Positions 24,401 through 39,400 are shown, numbered from the stretch's first letter. The stretch is 64,000 bases of DNA from Botryllus schlosseri (GCA_051294905.1 CM119371.1:23996001-24060000); one strand, 5' to 3'. The notes: generated from the letters alone by a model not told the origin. Made by a program: numbers and translations.

Positions 24401-27400
24401 TTTCGGCAACCCCAAGACGAAAGATAATTTCAACAGCCGTTCGTCACCGTTTTGACAGATACCCGCCAGCTTTGCTAATCGTTTCAAGTCGGCAAGGAAA
24501 ACGTCGACCGATTCCTCTTCATTCAACACCCTCGTCTTGAATTCCCCATACGCCGAAAGCTGATCACAGGCGAAGGCACGCAACAGAGCCTCTTCGATTC
24601 GATGTTCGTCACTCTTTTCAGTCTCCGGTAACTGGTCGTACACGGCAAATGCGTCACCGTCCAGAACCATTGGGGTTACGATTGTTGTTGTTGCTATATC
24701 ACCCGTTCCATCATACCGCGTCAACACCTCCGTCACCATGAAACTGGCCATTATCGTTGATGGGACGCGATAGCTTGTGTGAAGTATATTTGAAAGATGA
24801 AAACGGAAAATGCCATAACGGCAACGCAACAACAACAAAACGCCCTCTCTCCACGGGTCACACGAGCTCTGTGTGCCAATATTCACGACCATCAAACAAC
24901 ACCATTCGAACCAATCAACGATCAATCAATCAGTCGCACGCGCTGTGATCAGCGTCCGAGATAACAGTCAGTTAACAAAATCGCACACTGGGATTGGACT
25001 TCATGAAGCAGCATGAGAAAGTAGTATTTGAATTTGGGGACCATCGGAGGATCTCGTCATTTCTAATGCTTCACATTGCGCCGTAGCAGCTGCGAAAGTA
25101 TTTGCACCTCCTCAAATTTTCAAATTCGTCGACCCCGAAGTGCGACCCGTGGCTGTCAGATCAAGAAATTATAGTTCAGATGACCGCAAATTCATTGCGA
25201 GTGAGTTATCGAAGCTGCTGTGCGATGGTGTGGTAGAACACTCCGTGTCTCCCTGGCGAACTCAAGTCTTGGTAACTAAAGATTTTCGGCACAAGAAGAG
25301 GTTGGTAATCCATTATTCACAAACAATCAATAGGTTTACTCCTCTTGATGCGTACCCGTTGCCAAAAATAGAGAATATAGTCAATGAAGTGGCGAAAGGG
25401 ATGGTATACAGCACTATTGATCTAAAGTCCGCTTACCACCAGGTGCTACTATCTGTATCCGATAGGCCATATACTGCTTTTGAAGCTGATGGATCATTGT
25501 ATCAATTTTTCCGTTTGCCTTTCGGAATAACCAATGGTGTAGCTGCGTTTCAGAGTTTCATTGACAATTTCATTGCTGAACACGACCTAAAGGTACCGTT
25601 GCTTATCTTGATAACGTCACGATTTACGGAGAAAATCAAAAAGAGCATGATGAAAGGCTCCATCCAGGCTTTCGTGTTGGCTGCGACGAATTGCGAATTA
25701 ACACTCAATCGTGATAAATGTCTGTTCTCTATTTCAAAACTTTCGTTACTTGGACATTTGATATCACATAATCAAATTCAGCCAGATCCTGAACATCTGA
25801 AACCATTACTTGAAATGCCAGTTCCTAACGATAATCGCAGTTTGAAACGCTATGGGAATGTTGGCATACTATTCAAAGTGGATTCCCTCTTTCTCCAGTA
25901 AAATCAAACCAACATGTCAAAATTGCGAATTTCCGTTGATAGGTATTCAGCTTGAAGCCATCAGTAAACTGAAAGGTGACTTATTACGAGCCTGTCCAAG
26001 TTGTATTTATGACGATGAACCTTTCCAAGTGGAATGTGATGCGTCAGATCTTGCGATCGGAGCTATCTTAAGCCAGCGGAGCAGACCTGTCGCTTTCATG
26101 TCCCGAACATTGTCTAAAAGCGAGATGAAATATCCAGCTGTAGAGAAAGAGGCGCTGGCAATTATAGAATCTGTCAGAAAATTGGGATATCTTTTGATTA
26201 GAAACTAGTTTCGCTTAATCACCGACCAGAAAGCGCTTTCATTTATATTTCGAAAAAGTCACCCGAGCAAAATCAAGAACAGCATGTTATCTATTTGGAA
26301 ATTAGAACTCAGCTCGTTCAAGTATGAAATTTTTCATCGCCCCGGTGAGGAACATGTGGGGGCAGATGCTCTTTCTCGGCTGTGTTCCATTTCATCGTCG
26401 TCTGGAATGTCGTTACGGCAGATTCATGAAGCTTTGAGTCACCCTGGAGTCCGCAGGATTCATCACTTTGTTCGTGCGAAAAACCTGCCTTTTTCCATGG
26501 AGGATGTCAAAAACATCTGTTCCAATTGCTCTTTCTGCTCCGAATGTAAACCGCGTTTCTTCAAATCCAACCAAGTGAATCATCTAGTCCATGGGTGGGC
26601 AAACTACGGCCCGCGGGCCGCATGCGGCCCTCCACACCGTTTCGTGCGGCCCGCAAGAGTCTAAAGAAACTTATTAAAAATATTGATAAAATGCGGACTA
26701 AAAATCGAATTAATGGAGGGAATTGATTTAAACTTTTTCTTAGTACATTTCACCATGATAAGTATATGGAAGTGGTTCTCAAAACTGGGTGATGCACCAT
26801 CCTATAGGTGGCATGAAATCATTTGAAGGGAGGCGCGACGCTGAGCTCAACTAAAAATTTCGCGCTAGGCACGATTAACAGCCCATTCTTTATTATTGCT
26901 CTGTATTTAGTCTGAATTTGATATTTAAAAATCTCTCAACCACAGTCGTCACCTTCCATGCCATCAAACTATCTGAGGTTTGCTAACAGCCTGGTTGCGT
27001 TTCGTGATATGACGACAAGGGCGGCGAGAAATTTATTACCATCATAAGGGGGCAGGGCGTGTCTTAAAAAGTATGAGAACCACTATTCTAAGGTAAATAC
27101 TTCATACATCATTTTTATATTTAATTTCTTTCGTGACAACCCGATCTAAGGTCCACGCAGTCAGAAAGGTTTCAACTACTAAAGATCACAGAAATTCTAA
27201 ACGAGATCGACATAATTCGGATCACGAGTGGGATTTCAGATTGGCCACTCCAATTTTAATTATTTCCGTGATGTGCTTATAAAAAACGATTCGCGCGTGT
27301 CTTAGATAGACTCGTTCTCTGTATGCGCAAAATCAAGCTATTAATATTTTATCTACACATAGTAGAAGCGTGTTTGAACCTAACATGATTACGATGGTGT

Positions 27401-30400
27401 CAGCATTGTGTGTCCTGGAACTGAACCAAAAGTGGAATTAGTAAATCTATGAACAGATCGCTGCTCACAGATTTAAATTTCAATCTAATTCATCTCTATA
27501 GTTTTGAAAAATTGGTTATTTAGGTCGACCAGCCTATGAAATCCATCACCACTGTTTCTGATCTGATATCATCAAATCAATGGTTGGATTGTTTTAAATA
27601 AGCATATATATTATCTCCATGTCCTCACTATATAATCAAATACCAATATTGCGTTTTGGTTTATAATCTCAATTTTATATAGTGCGGCCCGCGAATGGAT
27701 TCAGATGTTGAATGCGGCCCGCCAGCTTAAAAGTTTGCCCACCCCTGATCTAGTCAAAGCCACGAGACCCTGGGAGCGTATAAGCATTGATTTCAAAGTT
27801 CCAGTCTCAGAGCCCAAACGTTTCATACTCGTCATAATCGACGAGTATAGTCGATTTCCATTCGCCTATGCGTGTCGTGACATGACTTCTGCGACTGTTA
27901 TCAAGTGCCTCTCTTCATTGTTTTCCCTTGTTGGACTCCCCGAATACGTCCACAGTGATCGAGGTACATCATTTCTATCGAAAGACGTAACGGTATTTCT
28001 GACTGGTAAAGGTGTTGCGTCAAGCAAATCAACACCCTATCATCCAACTGGCAATGCTCAATGCGAACGTTTGAATCAAACCCTCTGGAAAGCAATTAAA
28101 CTCCGTTTAGCAACTCAAAAATTACCTGAACGTATTTGGGAACAAGTCCTTCCTGATGCTTTGCATCCGATAAGATCGTTACTATGCACCTCTACTATAA
28201 CTGTTGTCCTCATGACAGATTTTTCAGCTTTGAACAGAGATCCATGTTAGGTGTATCGATACCTGATTGGCTCCTGGGCGGTGGCACTGTGCTGCTACGG
28301 AACTTCGTTCACAACAAGAGTGATCCTGAAGTCGTCAGAGTAGAACTTCTAGATGCTATAACACCAAATATGCTTTGATTCGTCACAGGAACGGGACGGA
28401 ATCAACGGTATCGGTCAAGGACCTGGCCCCTTGTCCACCTAAAGAGGACACGAATACGTCTGATTTCTCCTCTGACGAACCTGTGGTCGAGATGAGCCCT
28501 GGAGAATTCAATGATCAGAATCGTTCAGCTCGGGCGCCCTCAGATCAGCATTCTAGTTCTCCAGCCGCTGTTCGAAAGGACTGTTTCGATACGTCTATCG
28601 GTGGATATGACAACGATTCTCATATATCTGCTAAAGAGCCACCTGTCAAGAGGTCGTCAAGAATAAGACGTACGCCGGACTGGTACGGTGATCGCAGAAC
28701 TTGACTACTTTACGTAGGGTTAATTCTTTAGGCCGGGGAGATTGTGGTGTTTTATGCATCCACTAGGTGTCTATCTTTGCGTCATTTCCTTTCCTGATTA
28801 TTTCGTCTGTTTGTCCTTCAGTTAGTTGATCATTCTGGTTTAAGGCGTTTCGAGAGTAGCATGTATTTCCTGATTTACTTGCATTCAAACGTTTCTATTC
28901 TTTGTAGCTTATTCTACAATTTTAGTCGATAAATACCTTGAAAACCGTGTGTATATCAAGAGGGTTTTTTCTCGAAAGGTCACGACAGTATTCAATGATA
29001 GGCAAGCTTGTTCTTAATGTGCAGAAAGCAATCATCTCGCTTCCACATTACGAGGTTGAAATTGCATTATCGGGATCTGATGGAAACGTAATTTGAAAAA
29101 AAAACAGTAATGGCTCAAATACTTCGAGATGAGAGCAGAATAAATCGACAAAATGCCAAGATATGATGCCGCCACGTATAGGCTAATGGACATTGTCAAA
29201 ACTTGAATCGACACTGGAACTATGTCGACGCGAGTATTTCTTCTCTCACAAAGCATCAACTATTCTCAAATGTATTAGTTACATTTATCTGATCTAGATA
29301 TCAGCTTCTATTGTGCGACAACCTCTCTATAGTTCTGCTTCACATGATTAATTTATTTTCCGTGTCAATTCAACTTGAGGATGCTCTACTAATATCATCG
29401 TGAGCTATTCCCGACATAATATAACTCGATGAACGCAATGTCAATCTCAGTGGCGAGGCGACACTATGTAAAGCACTGGGACTGTACAACCGGATGAACT
29501 GGCCAATTAGTTCAAACTACTTGGTTTCTGATAAGAACGACCATATTCGACTATATTATACGACAAACTCTCGGATTGGCACATTGCGCTCGTTAGTATT
29601 AATTGGTGTTTACCCGCCGTGTGTCGCAAAGAGAATCACAGATTACGAGTAAACTGCAACTCGAGCTGGAATGGAAGAAATGTCAACATGGAATCCCATC
29701 AATTGGACAATCTATTTATTCCAACGCCAGTTAAAACCTAATTACTTAGTACGGTAATCCGTATTGAACTCAGAAGTATGTGCAACATTGATAACACATT
29801 TGTCTGAGCTTCCCGTCAATACTTTCTTTAATTTCATTGTCCTTGCGACGCAACGTGTTCCGGGACCTATATAATTCTTCGTACAAGGTGTTGTTATTAC
29901 TATATCATGTGATAAGACATATCGATCGGTTCTAATTATTAACCAGAAGTGCACTAAACTTTGAAAGACACCATTACCAGCATGTTTACCGATATAGCTG
30001 CTTGTGAATCGAAGATAAGAAGCATGCTAGAACGTGAACTAGAATGGGTATTCGATTTTGCATCGCTAGCCAAAACAGGAAGTGCTTTAGAAATTTGTTT
30101 TTTAATAATGTTGGGCAACATCGGTGATGATTCCATGCTGAATGCAGTCTTAGGTTTTCAGTGTAGTCGACCATTCAGTAAGGCGTCATAACAATATGAA
30201 TGAAGCAGAAAGTTCAAATGTAACGTTTATGCCAGTTGCAAATCACTTTTAACGATAACACATGGTCAAAACAATTTTTGCTGGTTATTTTTACCTAATT
30301 TGGGGCGCTGAATCCGAATCTGGCGTTACTTTTGAGATATTATGTATATAACCTTTTCTTATCTTTTCGGTTTACTGAAGTAGATTTTGCCTACTTGCAT

Positions 30401-33400
30401 TATTTACTGAAGTGGTTATGTTTTCATACTACCTCCACTTCTACTTGTACAGTATTTTTGATGAACTACATACAACTGTAATTTGGATTTTGAAACGTAA
30501 AACTAGTGATGGAATAATATTGCACCACTATCACGAGTTTAGTGGTCATTGCAGTAGCGTGGTGAAGTAGCCCGGAATCAAGGTAACTGGCTGGGGTATA
30601 TTTACCAATATCCAACCTATTCGTAACGTTATAATGGCCACTTTCATTATCCCCGGAAGTTGCATCTTGAGATTTCGTATATATCCACCTCAGAGCAACT
30701 GCGAAAACTATGCGATCCCGACCAAATAATCGTTTGACACATTCTGACTTAGTACTTTTCAAACCTTTCATCAATGTGTTCTCTCTGAAGTAGCTTTGTC
30801 ATATCTTAGAAATTACCACTTGTACTTGAAATTGGGAAAATATGTAAGGGGTTATTTGTTGTTCTACTTAAGTACCAACGCTGATCTGTTCGACCACTTC
30901 TGATATATAGTAATATATTACAACAATTCCTAAACCGCACTGAAAATCCATCAGTTTAGTAATTTAACCATGCAAAACACAACTGACCGATTACAGTATC
31001 GATCAGATTTCGTAACTGTCGATATGGGATAGTACGACGTCGGATATCTATAGACATCTCCCTAGTACAGAGGTCTCAAACATGCGGCCCCCGACGGTAT
31101 TTTGGAATTTCCAGTATTCAACAATAAATTCAAGGGCCATATATCTTTTTTAGATATAAGAACTTGAAGTTCACGCTTAAAATACTATAAAAATCACTGA
31201 AATCTCAACAAACTTCTTCATCACAGCACTTTTAAAAGCTACCATGTGGTAGAAGATAAGCTATTACGTCACATTTCTACTTCAAGATGATAAAACATCA
31301 CCAGTTCATGATTCGTGACAGAAAATTATGTTTGGTGCGACCTTTTCGTAAAATTACTCGATTTCGGATTGACTGGGTGTTTAATAAAAACGAACCCAGT
31401 TGAGTCGGGTCAAATGATGAAATCAGAGAAGGACTTGCGACTTAGAACGGTAATCCTACGGACGCAACAATCTATGAAACTGGCATGGGGAGTAATATTT
31501 TATCAAAAGTTAGTAGCTTGCGTTGCGTAGGGTATATAGCTATCTAATCAGGTCAGTATGACAACCATTGGTATTATGTGACCTCCATGACGTATAGTTA
31601 GTTACATGCTGAGTGTTGCCTGTTTTCTTTATCCATGTTATCATCGGTGGCGAGTAAGGTAAGGCTCTACAGCTGTACCACCAATGAATTCTTCGCCAAT
31701 TGGACATTTCTATTCCAGGGGTTCTTAACCAGGGTTCGTAGACCCCATCGGGGCAGAAGCACCACATCAGGGTGTACGAGTTGCATTGTGGAATTAGGCC
31801 TATATGCTGTGTAATGTTTTCTTGACCAATTTATTCAACTGGAAAATAGTCTTCACGCTACGCATGATTTGATGTGAATGGGCTTTCCAATTTTAATATA
31901 GGTATCATCAGAATTTGTGCTGAAAATGAACACATAATTTCAATGACAAAGTAAATGACGACAGGACCTGTGGGGTATATGAAGAATAAATCAGCAAAAT
32001 CGTGGACATTATGCTTATTCCTTTCTCGGCATTTTTGACACTGGAAGGAAGAGATAATCAGAATTGGAATCATTTTGCGCTGTCTACGTCAGTATCTCTG
32101 CAAAGAAACACATCTACTATTTTGAAACTTGACTCGCATATCAGTTTTCTTTGTCGGGCAGCCTCCTTAAATTCTCGTTGGTGACGTACCGTTTGAACCG
32201 TGTGGCGTTTCATACATTTTCCATTCATTTTGAATCCGAGGAAGTTTTGCGAATAACATCATAAGATACTCTCTGTGCGTATACTGGCAGTTTTGGTACG
32301 CTCGTGGAATAGACTTTGATCTCCGATATTGCTACAGCTTTCGGCGATTTTGCTGCAAGCAAATTCGCCTTGTAACCTCATTGCCAATTATTATATATAT
32401 TTAAATACATATGTTTATGGCCTGGTCGTTGTTGTTTGTTGTATTCATGGTTTTCGACTACTATGGTCATTTACACCAGACCGTTATTCCTTAATTTTGA
32501 TTCCCACTTTTGGGCTTTTTATAAGACACCGCTTACGCGTGAGAGAACAGGATGAAGGGATGCATGCGTTTGTCATTTATCAGAATGTTCTAAAAATAGT
32601 AGCGTTAGGGGAAAAATTTTCAAAATTGTTCTCAAAGTCAAATTTTTTTGCCGTCTGCATTTCGTTTGTTTCGTAGATTTTGCACTATCGGTGAACTTAT
32701 CATTTGATATTTTACAGCTTGTAGCCTACTTCATAAGCCTGCCGTTGTAAACGGTCAATTGTCTTCTCATTGGGAATCATAAACGGTCAAATAAAACAAA
32801 TAGATAGACATGGTGTTATGGTCAACGTACCGCAATATCCTAACTGAAGAAAGACTTCCTAGGCATTGCGTCATTCTTATATTAAGAAGCGCATGATGAA
32901 AAATTGTCATGTAGACAACATTATGAGAATGAAGCAACACGGAGTGTCACCAGTAAGTGTACGAACAACTTGAGCGATGTCAGCTGCTGCTGTTGAACGT
33001 TCTTTCTCCATTCTTGACAAGATTCTTAGTAAGGACATGCACTTTCTACCCAGGAATGTAGAAAAGTATCTCTCGTTGTGCTAGAACAAATTTTAATTCG
33101 GTGTTTTCACGCAAGACTCGGCCCTTATCAGACTAGAAATTGTCCATTGATCTAATCGTACGCGGGAGAAAAGTGCAATATTACCTTTCCCCAACGTATT
33201 TCGATAAAAATGAATGGCTGACGTATAAGCGAGGATAAGGATGCCTTGTTATCCACTTTTACACTGCTGGTGCCAGGGGCAGTGTTCCTAGTTCGACCGA
33301 AATTCGGTGTCGTGATCTGAAGCATGTGGTCTACTGCAAACGGCGTCTCGATATTTCCTGATGTTCGACATTGCTCGGCTCGAGTTGACTTGTTTATATT

Positions 33401-36400
33401 CCAATACATCTTTTACCACTATAGTGAGCTTTTAAAATTCCTAAGTTGAAAAATCGATTTATGTCAACTTTGCAGCACTACTTAGGCTCCGGGCGTTAAA
33501 TGTGCTCACGTTTCTCAACGCTCTAATTCTGGGTATTCCAGATTTCAATGGAGTCATGCTTGAACATTTTGAAACTATGGAATTACGCCGGGCGCAATAG
33601 GCCTACCGATACGAACTTTAAAATAAGCACTTATAAATTACTGTAGGCTACTTAATATTTTCTTTCGAATGATTTGAAATGCGTAAGCTTTGTCAAACAT
33701 GTCTGATGTCTATACCCCATACAAACGGGTGTGACCACCACGAAGTCACATTTTAACATCGGAATACACTATTGTGACGTCATTTGGACAATTAAAGTCG
33801 CGTAGACTACTTGCCCCACCACCCTATATTGTCACGAGCCGCCACTGATAGTAAGACAATGGTCACTGGATTGACTATTACCGTAATTTTCCATGTATAA
33901 TGCGCAAAATTTTACCGATTTTTTGCCCTAAAATAGGGGGTGCGTATTATACATGGGTACAGCAAGCCTTGAAAAAAAAATCCCACAATCAAAAACTTGA
34001 AATCACACCTTTATTCATGTTTGTTTAAATCGCGCATCACCTCTAGCCATTGGGCATCGTAATACGTGTTATAGAGTGTAACGCGCTGCCAAATAGAGAA
34101 GCGTGTTGCCAATTAACGAAAAGCGTGTTTCTAATTAACGAGTGTCGTCTGCAAAGCACGCGATCTGTTGCTGAGTTGGTTTGCCGTTTGTACGCGAGCG
34201 AAATTAGGTCGCTGATTGCTACAAGCGTGCGCGGCAATCCTTGTTGACTCATCGCGTCAACGACAGGCCTTAACAATCGCATACACAAGAGGCCATGTGC
34301 ACGAGATATAATCGCTTGCGTAATCAGTCGCATCTCCAATGGGACTGGTGCGCCGACATAACCGTTGACCTGAGCAATCGCATCTGTAATTGTAATAGGC
34401 CACGTGCGTAAGATGACGTGTGTCGCTTGCCTGAGCTATCGCGTCGCCGACCTCACAGGCTTTGGCTACTATCTACTCTCGTTTAGAGACAATGCCGTGA
34501 ATTGTATTATGATTAGCGATCATCATGTCATGATTGTTCGACAGTGACATCTCAAAACAGAACAACATTTAATACTAAACCGCAACAATTCATGTACTCA
34601 TGTACTGAGAATGCAGGGTGCGTATTATACATGGGTACAGGCTTTTTCCCAGAATATACACGTCATTTTAAGGGTGCGTACTATACATGGGGGCGCACTA
34701 TATTCGGAAAATTACGGTATTCAATATGACCCAATCATTTACGGAAGTTCCGAGTGCATTTTTGTGATAAAATTACTCGGCCTAATATATAATTCTTAAA
34801 CGTAAGCCGTAAATGCAATCACATTGCTACGTATATTGGTAATTCATGTTTTGCGACCTTTCTGAAATGGGGAAGCATAGAAACAGTCATCTACTCAACA
34901 GAAGTATTGTAAAGTAATCCGTAATGGTAAATAATGCTTATTTTGTAGCTCACAACTCTGTGTATATTCGATGCAAAAATGCCTGCTGAAACTTTTCGTG
35001 AAATCGCAATGACACTCAAGACCACATGTTGCAAAAAGATACAGTTCCAAAACTGCGAATTGACAACAAGGAAGCTCTCTGAATTCTTCATTGGATGTAA
35101 AGACCACCATCTATCTGTAAGTTGAAAGAATGTTCCTGAAAGGCGAATTCTTTAGAGTGGGTGTTAACATCAGGGCGATCGTGATCAGTCGGTAGATTGC
35201 AAGATCCAATCGAGAGCATCACAATACAAACCAAATGGCTTATTGGGTGTAAGGGCAATATTGACATGAATTTGTCATTACTCGTGGGATTGACAGACCA
35301 CGGAGATTTGTGCATCTGTGAAGTAAAAAGCGACTTACTACTGACTTGTGATCGCCCCTGGTCTGAATCGTAATAAAATAATCAAAGCTACTTCAATATA
35401 TCACAGTGGTAGTTGAAAATTGGCTTGGATTCGCTCTGAATATGCATCAATCAATGATCCAGTTTGGACAATTCATGATATATATTACTTCCTATATAAA
35501 GTCGGATATAATCGTAAATTGATTGAAAGTTGAGTTTTGGGGCATGAGAACACAAATCAACAAATTACCGGATATGACGATTTCTAGAGTTCGCTATTTC
35601 GTCGACATATTTGGTGCTAAAATAGGCACATATTCGACACTGCAAACATGATCAAAATTTGCGTAAGCCTATCATGCGAGTTGGTTATCTTCATCTAGCC
35701 TACTCTATATAGCAGGGGTGGGCAATTATTTACGCAGCTGACTAAATCAAAAGCAGGAAATACGTTGGCGGGCCGAGTCAAGAATTTAAATGATAATCTG
35801 CGGCGTATTAGAATTACATTGTTCACACATGCTGCTCAGGATATGTATTGGTATTAGGCCATGAGAAAGTGATGGGTAATCAGCATCATGATTCAGAACA
35901 ACGGTAACATCATAGTTTTAAACTATATTTTATTCCACAGACACGTTTTTCTGGTGAGACATTCAAATTACTTTAGGATATCACAATTCCTGTCTGGGAC
36001 GCCGCCTCCGAAGTAGTGTGTAGCTTGGTGAAATAGCCTTGTTGTTGATGGAAACTAGCAGTGTTTCCCAAAATCGCCCTCCCCTAGCCGAGTGTCTATC
36101 TTCATGTTTTTCGTCAACAAACAGACTTAACATATACTCCACTGGGGCCTGCTCGCTACTGACTAAGATGATGGGTTCACCCCTGACTCCAGTATACCAA
36201 TATTCAGTACTCCAAATCTTTTTTGGCAGTCGGCCCGCACCATCGATTGCTGACATGCCCGGACGTTCATCGCTTATGGGTGATGATGACTGGTTAAGCA
36301 CGGACACTGGACAGTGATCGACTTGTGTTACGAATTAGGGATTTGGAAATGTATTGCGTAACAATTTGAGCGAGATGCGTGCTTTAGATCGCTGCCATAT

Positions 36401-39400
36401 AGGGCTAAGAAGGATTACATCTTAATTTTGTGTGGTGCATGTGTATCTGTGCACGAGAAAAAAGAGACAGGTCCGAATTAATTAAAGTCCCCAGTGAATA
36501 TATTTGTTAAGAAAAAAACAGGAAAATTGCTAATTCGGTAGCTAGTGTTAGCTTTGATCATTTTCTACTATTTTCACGTGCTGAAAATATCAGAAGTAAA
36601 CTATGTGAAAAAGTATGTAGTGTACGGCAAACGGTTTCCAGAATGGGATTTGATTATTATCGAATAAAACGGCGTTCGTTACCTTGGTTTTGAAGAACGC
36701 AATGTTCAGATAGTATCTGCAGTCAATATTTACGGACCATGATTGTATTCGTATTGCTAAATCTACAGTCCCATATAAACCGGAACTCATATTTGATTAT
36801 TTCACAACGTTCAATCGTTAATATTCTAACTGTAGACATTCTATTAGCGATCATTATATTCTATTCGCCATATCGTCAATAGTATTTCTTTTATTGAAAG
36901 TTTATGCAAGCATGTGGTATTACATATATGTGTGCAATATGTCGACAATGAAAATAAAAAATATATAAATTTATTGAGTAGATTGATATCGATAACGGTT
37001 ACAGTAACAACTATATTTGAAAGAATGCTAACTAACTTTTATTACTTTGACGCTTTGTTATCTAGAATGGCTGATTGATTATATACCTGACTGTCAATTG
37101 AATTGGGTACCTAAAATGTATTTGAAAAACGAACGGTTGGTTCGAATTCACATCCATATGTTGAGCATGATCAATTAATCATATGTGACTGTGTGGTGCC
37201 TTTAGATGGTTGTGCAAATTGTCAATATAATTTAGAAATTATTGACTTATTCTTTATTCTGGTCTGCATTTATACGAATTCATTGATGCTTAGTTAGCAT
37301 ACAATTCACCATATCATTGGATATGTCGAAAGTATATTATATCAATGCGAGTTAGAATAATATAATATAACCAAATCAAAATCACTTTTGAGTATGATAC
37401 ACAATAGTTGTTTCATACAGCTCTCGAGACTGAACATCATGGATAGTACAATGCTTCCAGACGCTTATTACGACGTGGCAAATATCGTCAAAATCACCAA
37501 ATGTACTATTCTGTATTTCCGATATTGCGATTTGTCAATACAGAAATTGGAAAGCTTGGGTAAGGGTTGCAAGGAAAGTCGCATCTTGGTAAGTTGATAA
37601 TATTAAGAAACCTAATTTAGACAAAATTTTGCGTTCAAGTTTAAGAAACAAGAATTTAAATCGAAGCAGCGAAGAATGTAGAGTATATTGTCTCAAAGTG
37701 ACATGTCCATGTGTGACATGTCCAGTTTTCAAATTTTGAAGGTCCATTTTTAAAACTTTTTAAAGAAACGGGTAGAGAGCCACTTTTCAAATTTCATTGA
37801 TGCCTTTAGCCGTAAGAATGCAATATCGTGACCAAATAGACCACACTTTTACTAACCATTACTTGTTTACGTCAGTACAACTATAGAGTATGACTGGAGT
37901 GACGACTCGATTGTTCTCCCATTGTTAGCCGGCAGAATGGTCACGGTCAGATGGCTGCACCCAAAACATGATCGCTCAGCGCTTGTTTCTATGGCGTCCA
38001 AGGCGATTCGTCATGTATTTCTTGAAGCTGCGTCGGATTTAGTTGGACAGTTCAACATTTAGGTAGCGGTGGCGAGTGGTTATGACTAGTGAATATTACC
38101 GTGTAGCCTATGTTACATTTCTCACGAGATTGATGTGATATTGTGGCTTTGATCCTTTATAGAGTTTGCTACGTATATAAATATAATGACAGAAGGTATA
38201 TAGAATATCTGGTTCGTGTACATTGGCTATTGTGAGATGAATTCATGGAAAGGACGACTGAAGAGTACTACAAAGTGAACAAGTGGAAAGATCTCGAACT
38301 ATATCGATATGCAGTTCGCAATAGCTTTGATTGAAAATATATCCTATATTAACTGCAGAAATTCGAGTATGAATATAACAAATAATATCGCAACAGTCTT
38401 GTAGTCTTGTGTGCCTGTCCGATAACCGAAGAAACTTGAGTATGACTAGAACCAGAGCCTTGTGTAATGTCAATGTTCTGCTTGATCTCGGTTCACAATA
38501 GTCAGAGCTTACTCCTTGGAAGTATGCAAAATCGCACTTGAATGGAACTCGTTGTCATTGCCAAAAATACCCTGGAATTCGCTTGGAAGACCTCTGCCAG
38601 TGACATTAGTAGACAGCCAATGCACCACGTCAAGGTTTCGACAAACGCATTTTTTTCCCTTTTTTAGGTAGGGAATCTCAATGTGGATAGGCAGCATTTG
38701 CCACAGAGAGAAAAAACTACCATACTAACACTACCAGAAACTACATTCGCTTCATTTGCTGCATCTTTTCTTGGTCATGGATTCCTAGCCGACTTTTGTC
38801 CAAGGATTTTGATCAACATAGGCTTATGTTGTATTGGCACCTTTCCCTCTCTTTATAGCCTTACGCTGGCATAAACGCTGGCCTAAGGCATTTACTGAGT
38901 AACTGACTTGGCCAATAACTGGATTCCTGCTGTATCTCATCGAAGACCGCTGTTAACTTTTAACATTCGTGAATAATATTAATGAATGTCAACTGAAGTT
39001 ACCCAAGATCCAAATGCTGCTTCCAGAACATCTTGTGTTAGGACTCTGGAAGATACTGATTCCATAACACCATTCAAAAGCCGAATTGCTAGCTTGCCCA
39101 TATTCTTGGTCCATATTTGTATAGAATAGGGTTGCCATACGTCCGGAATTTCCCGGACATGTCCGGAATTTCACTGTTCAAACTGGCGTCCGGGAGGAAT
39201 TTCTAAAATATGCCAAATGTCCGGAATTTTGAAGACTTGACGTAGGCTCATAATTTTTTCGTAAATCAGCATAAAAACAATATTTTTTGGGAATAGGCTA
39301 TTTATGCTGATGCATGATATTTTTTTTTCACGCTGCGCGCGATTTACTATCACATTTATTGATTTTAATATGGAGACTACTACCATCGCAAAATGTGCAA

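Larger units (their letters stand above)
22756..28918 (+). mobile_element. Ty3/Gypsy LTR retrotransposon, frameshifted (gag, protease, RT, RNase H, integrase); 5' LTR partly deleted
   Basis: 66-bp LTR match 22756-22821 versus 28743-28808; PPT ggccggggag; LIDSGA, IDLKSAYHQ, LPFGITN, AYLDNV, ECDASDLAIGAIL, HHCC finger, IDEYSRFPF, HSDRGTSF, GNAQCER. Confidence 0.95.

Noticed and set aside
33685..33715. MSDVY-like snippet as another dead A exon
   Set aside because: Match too short to distinguish from chance
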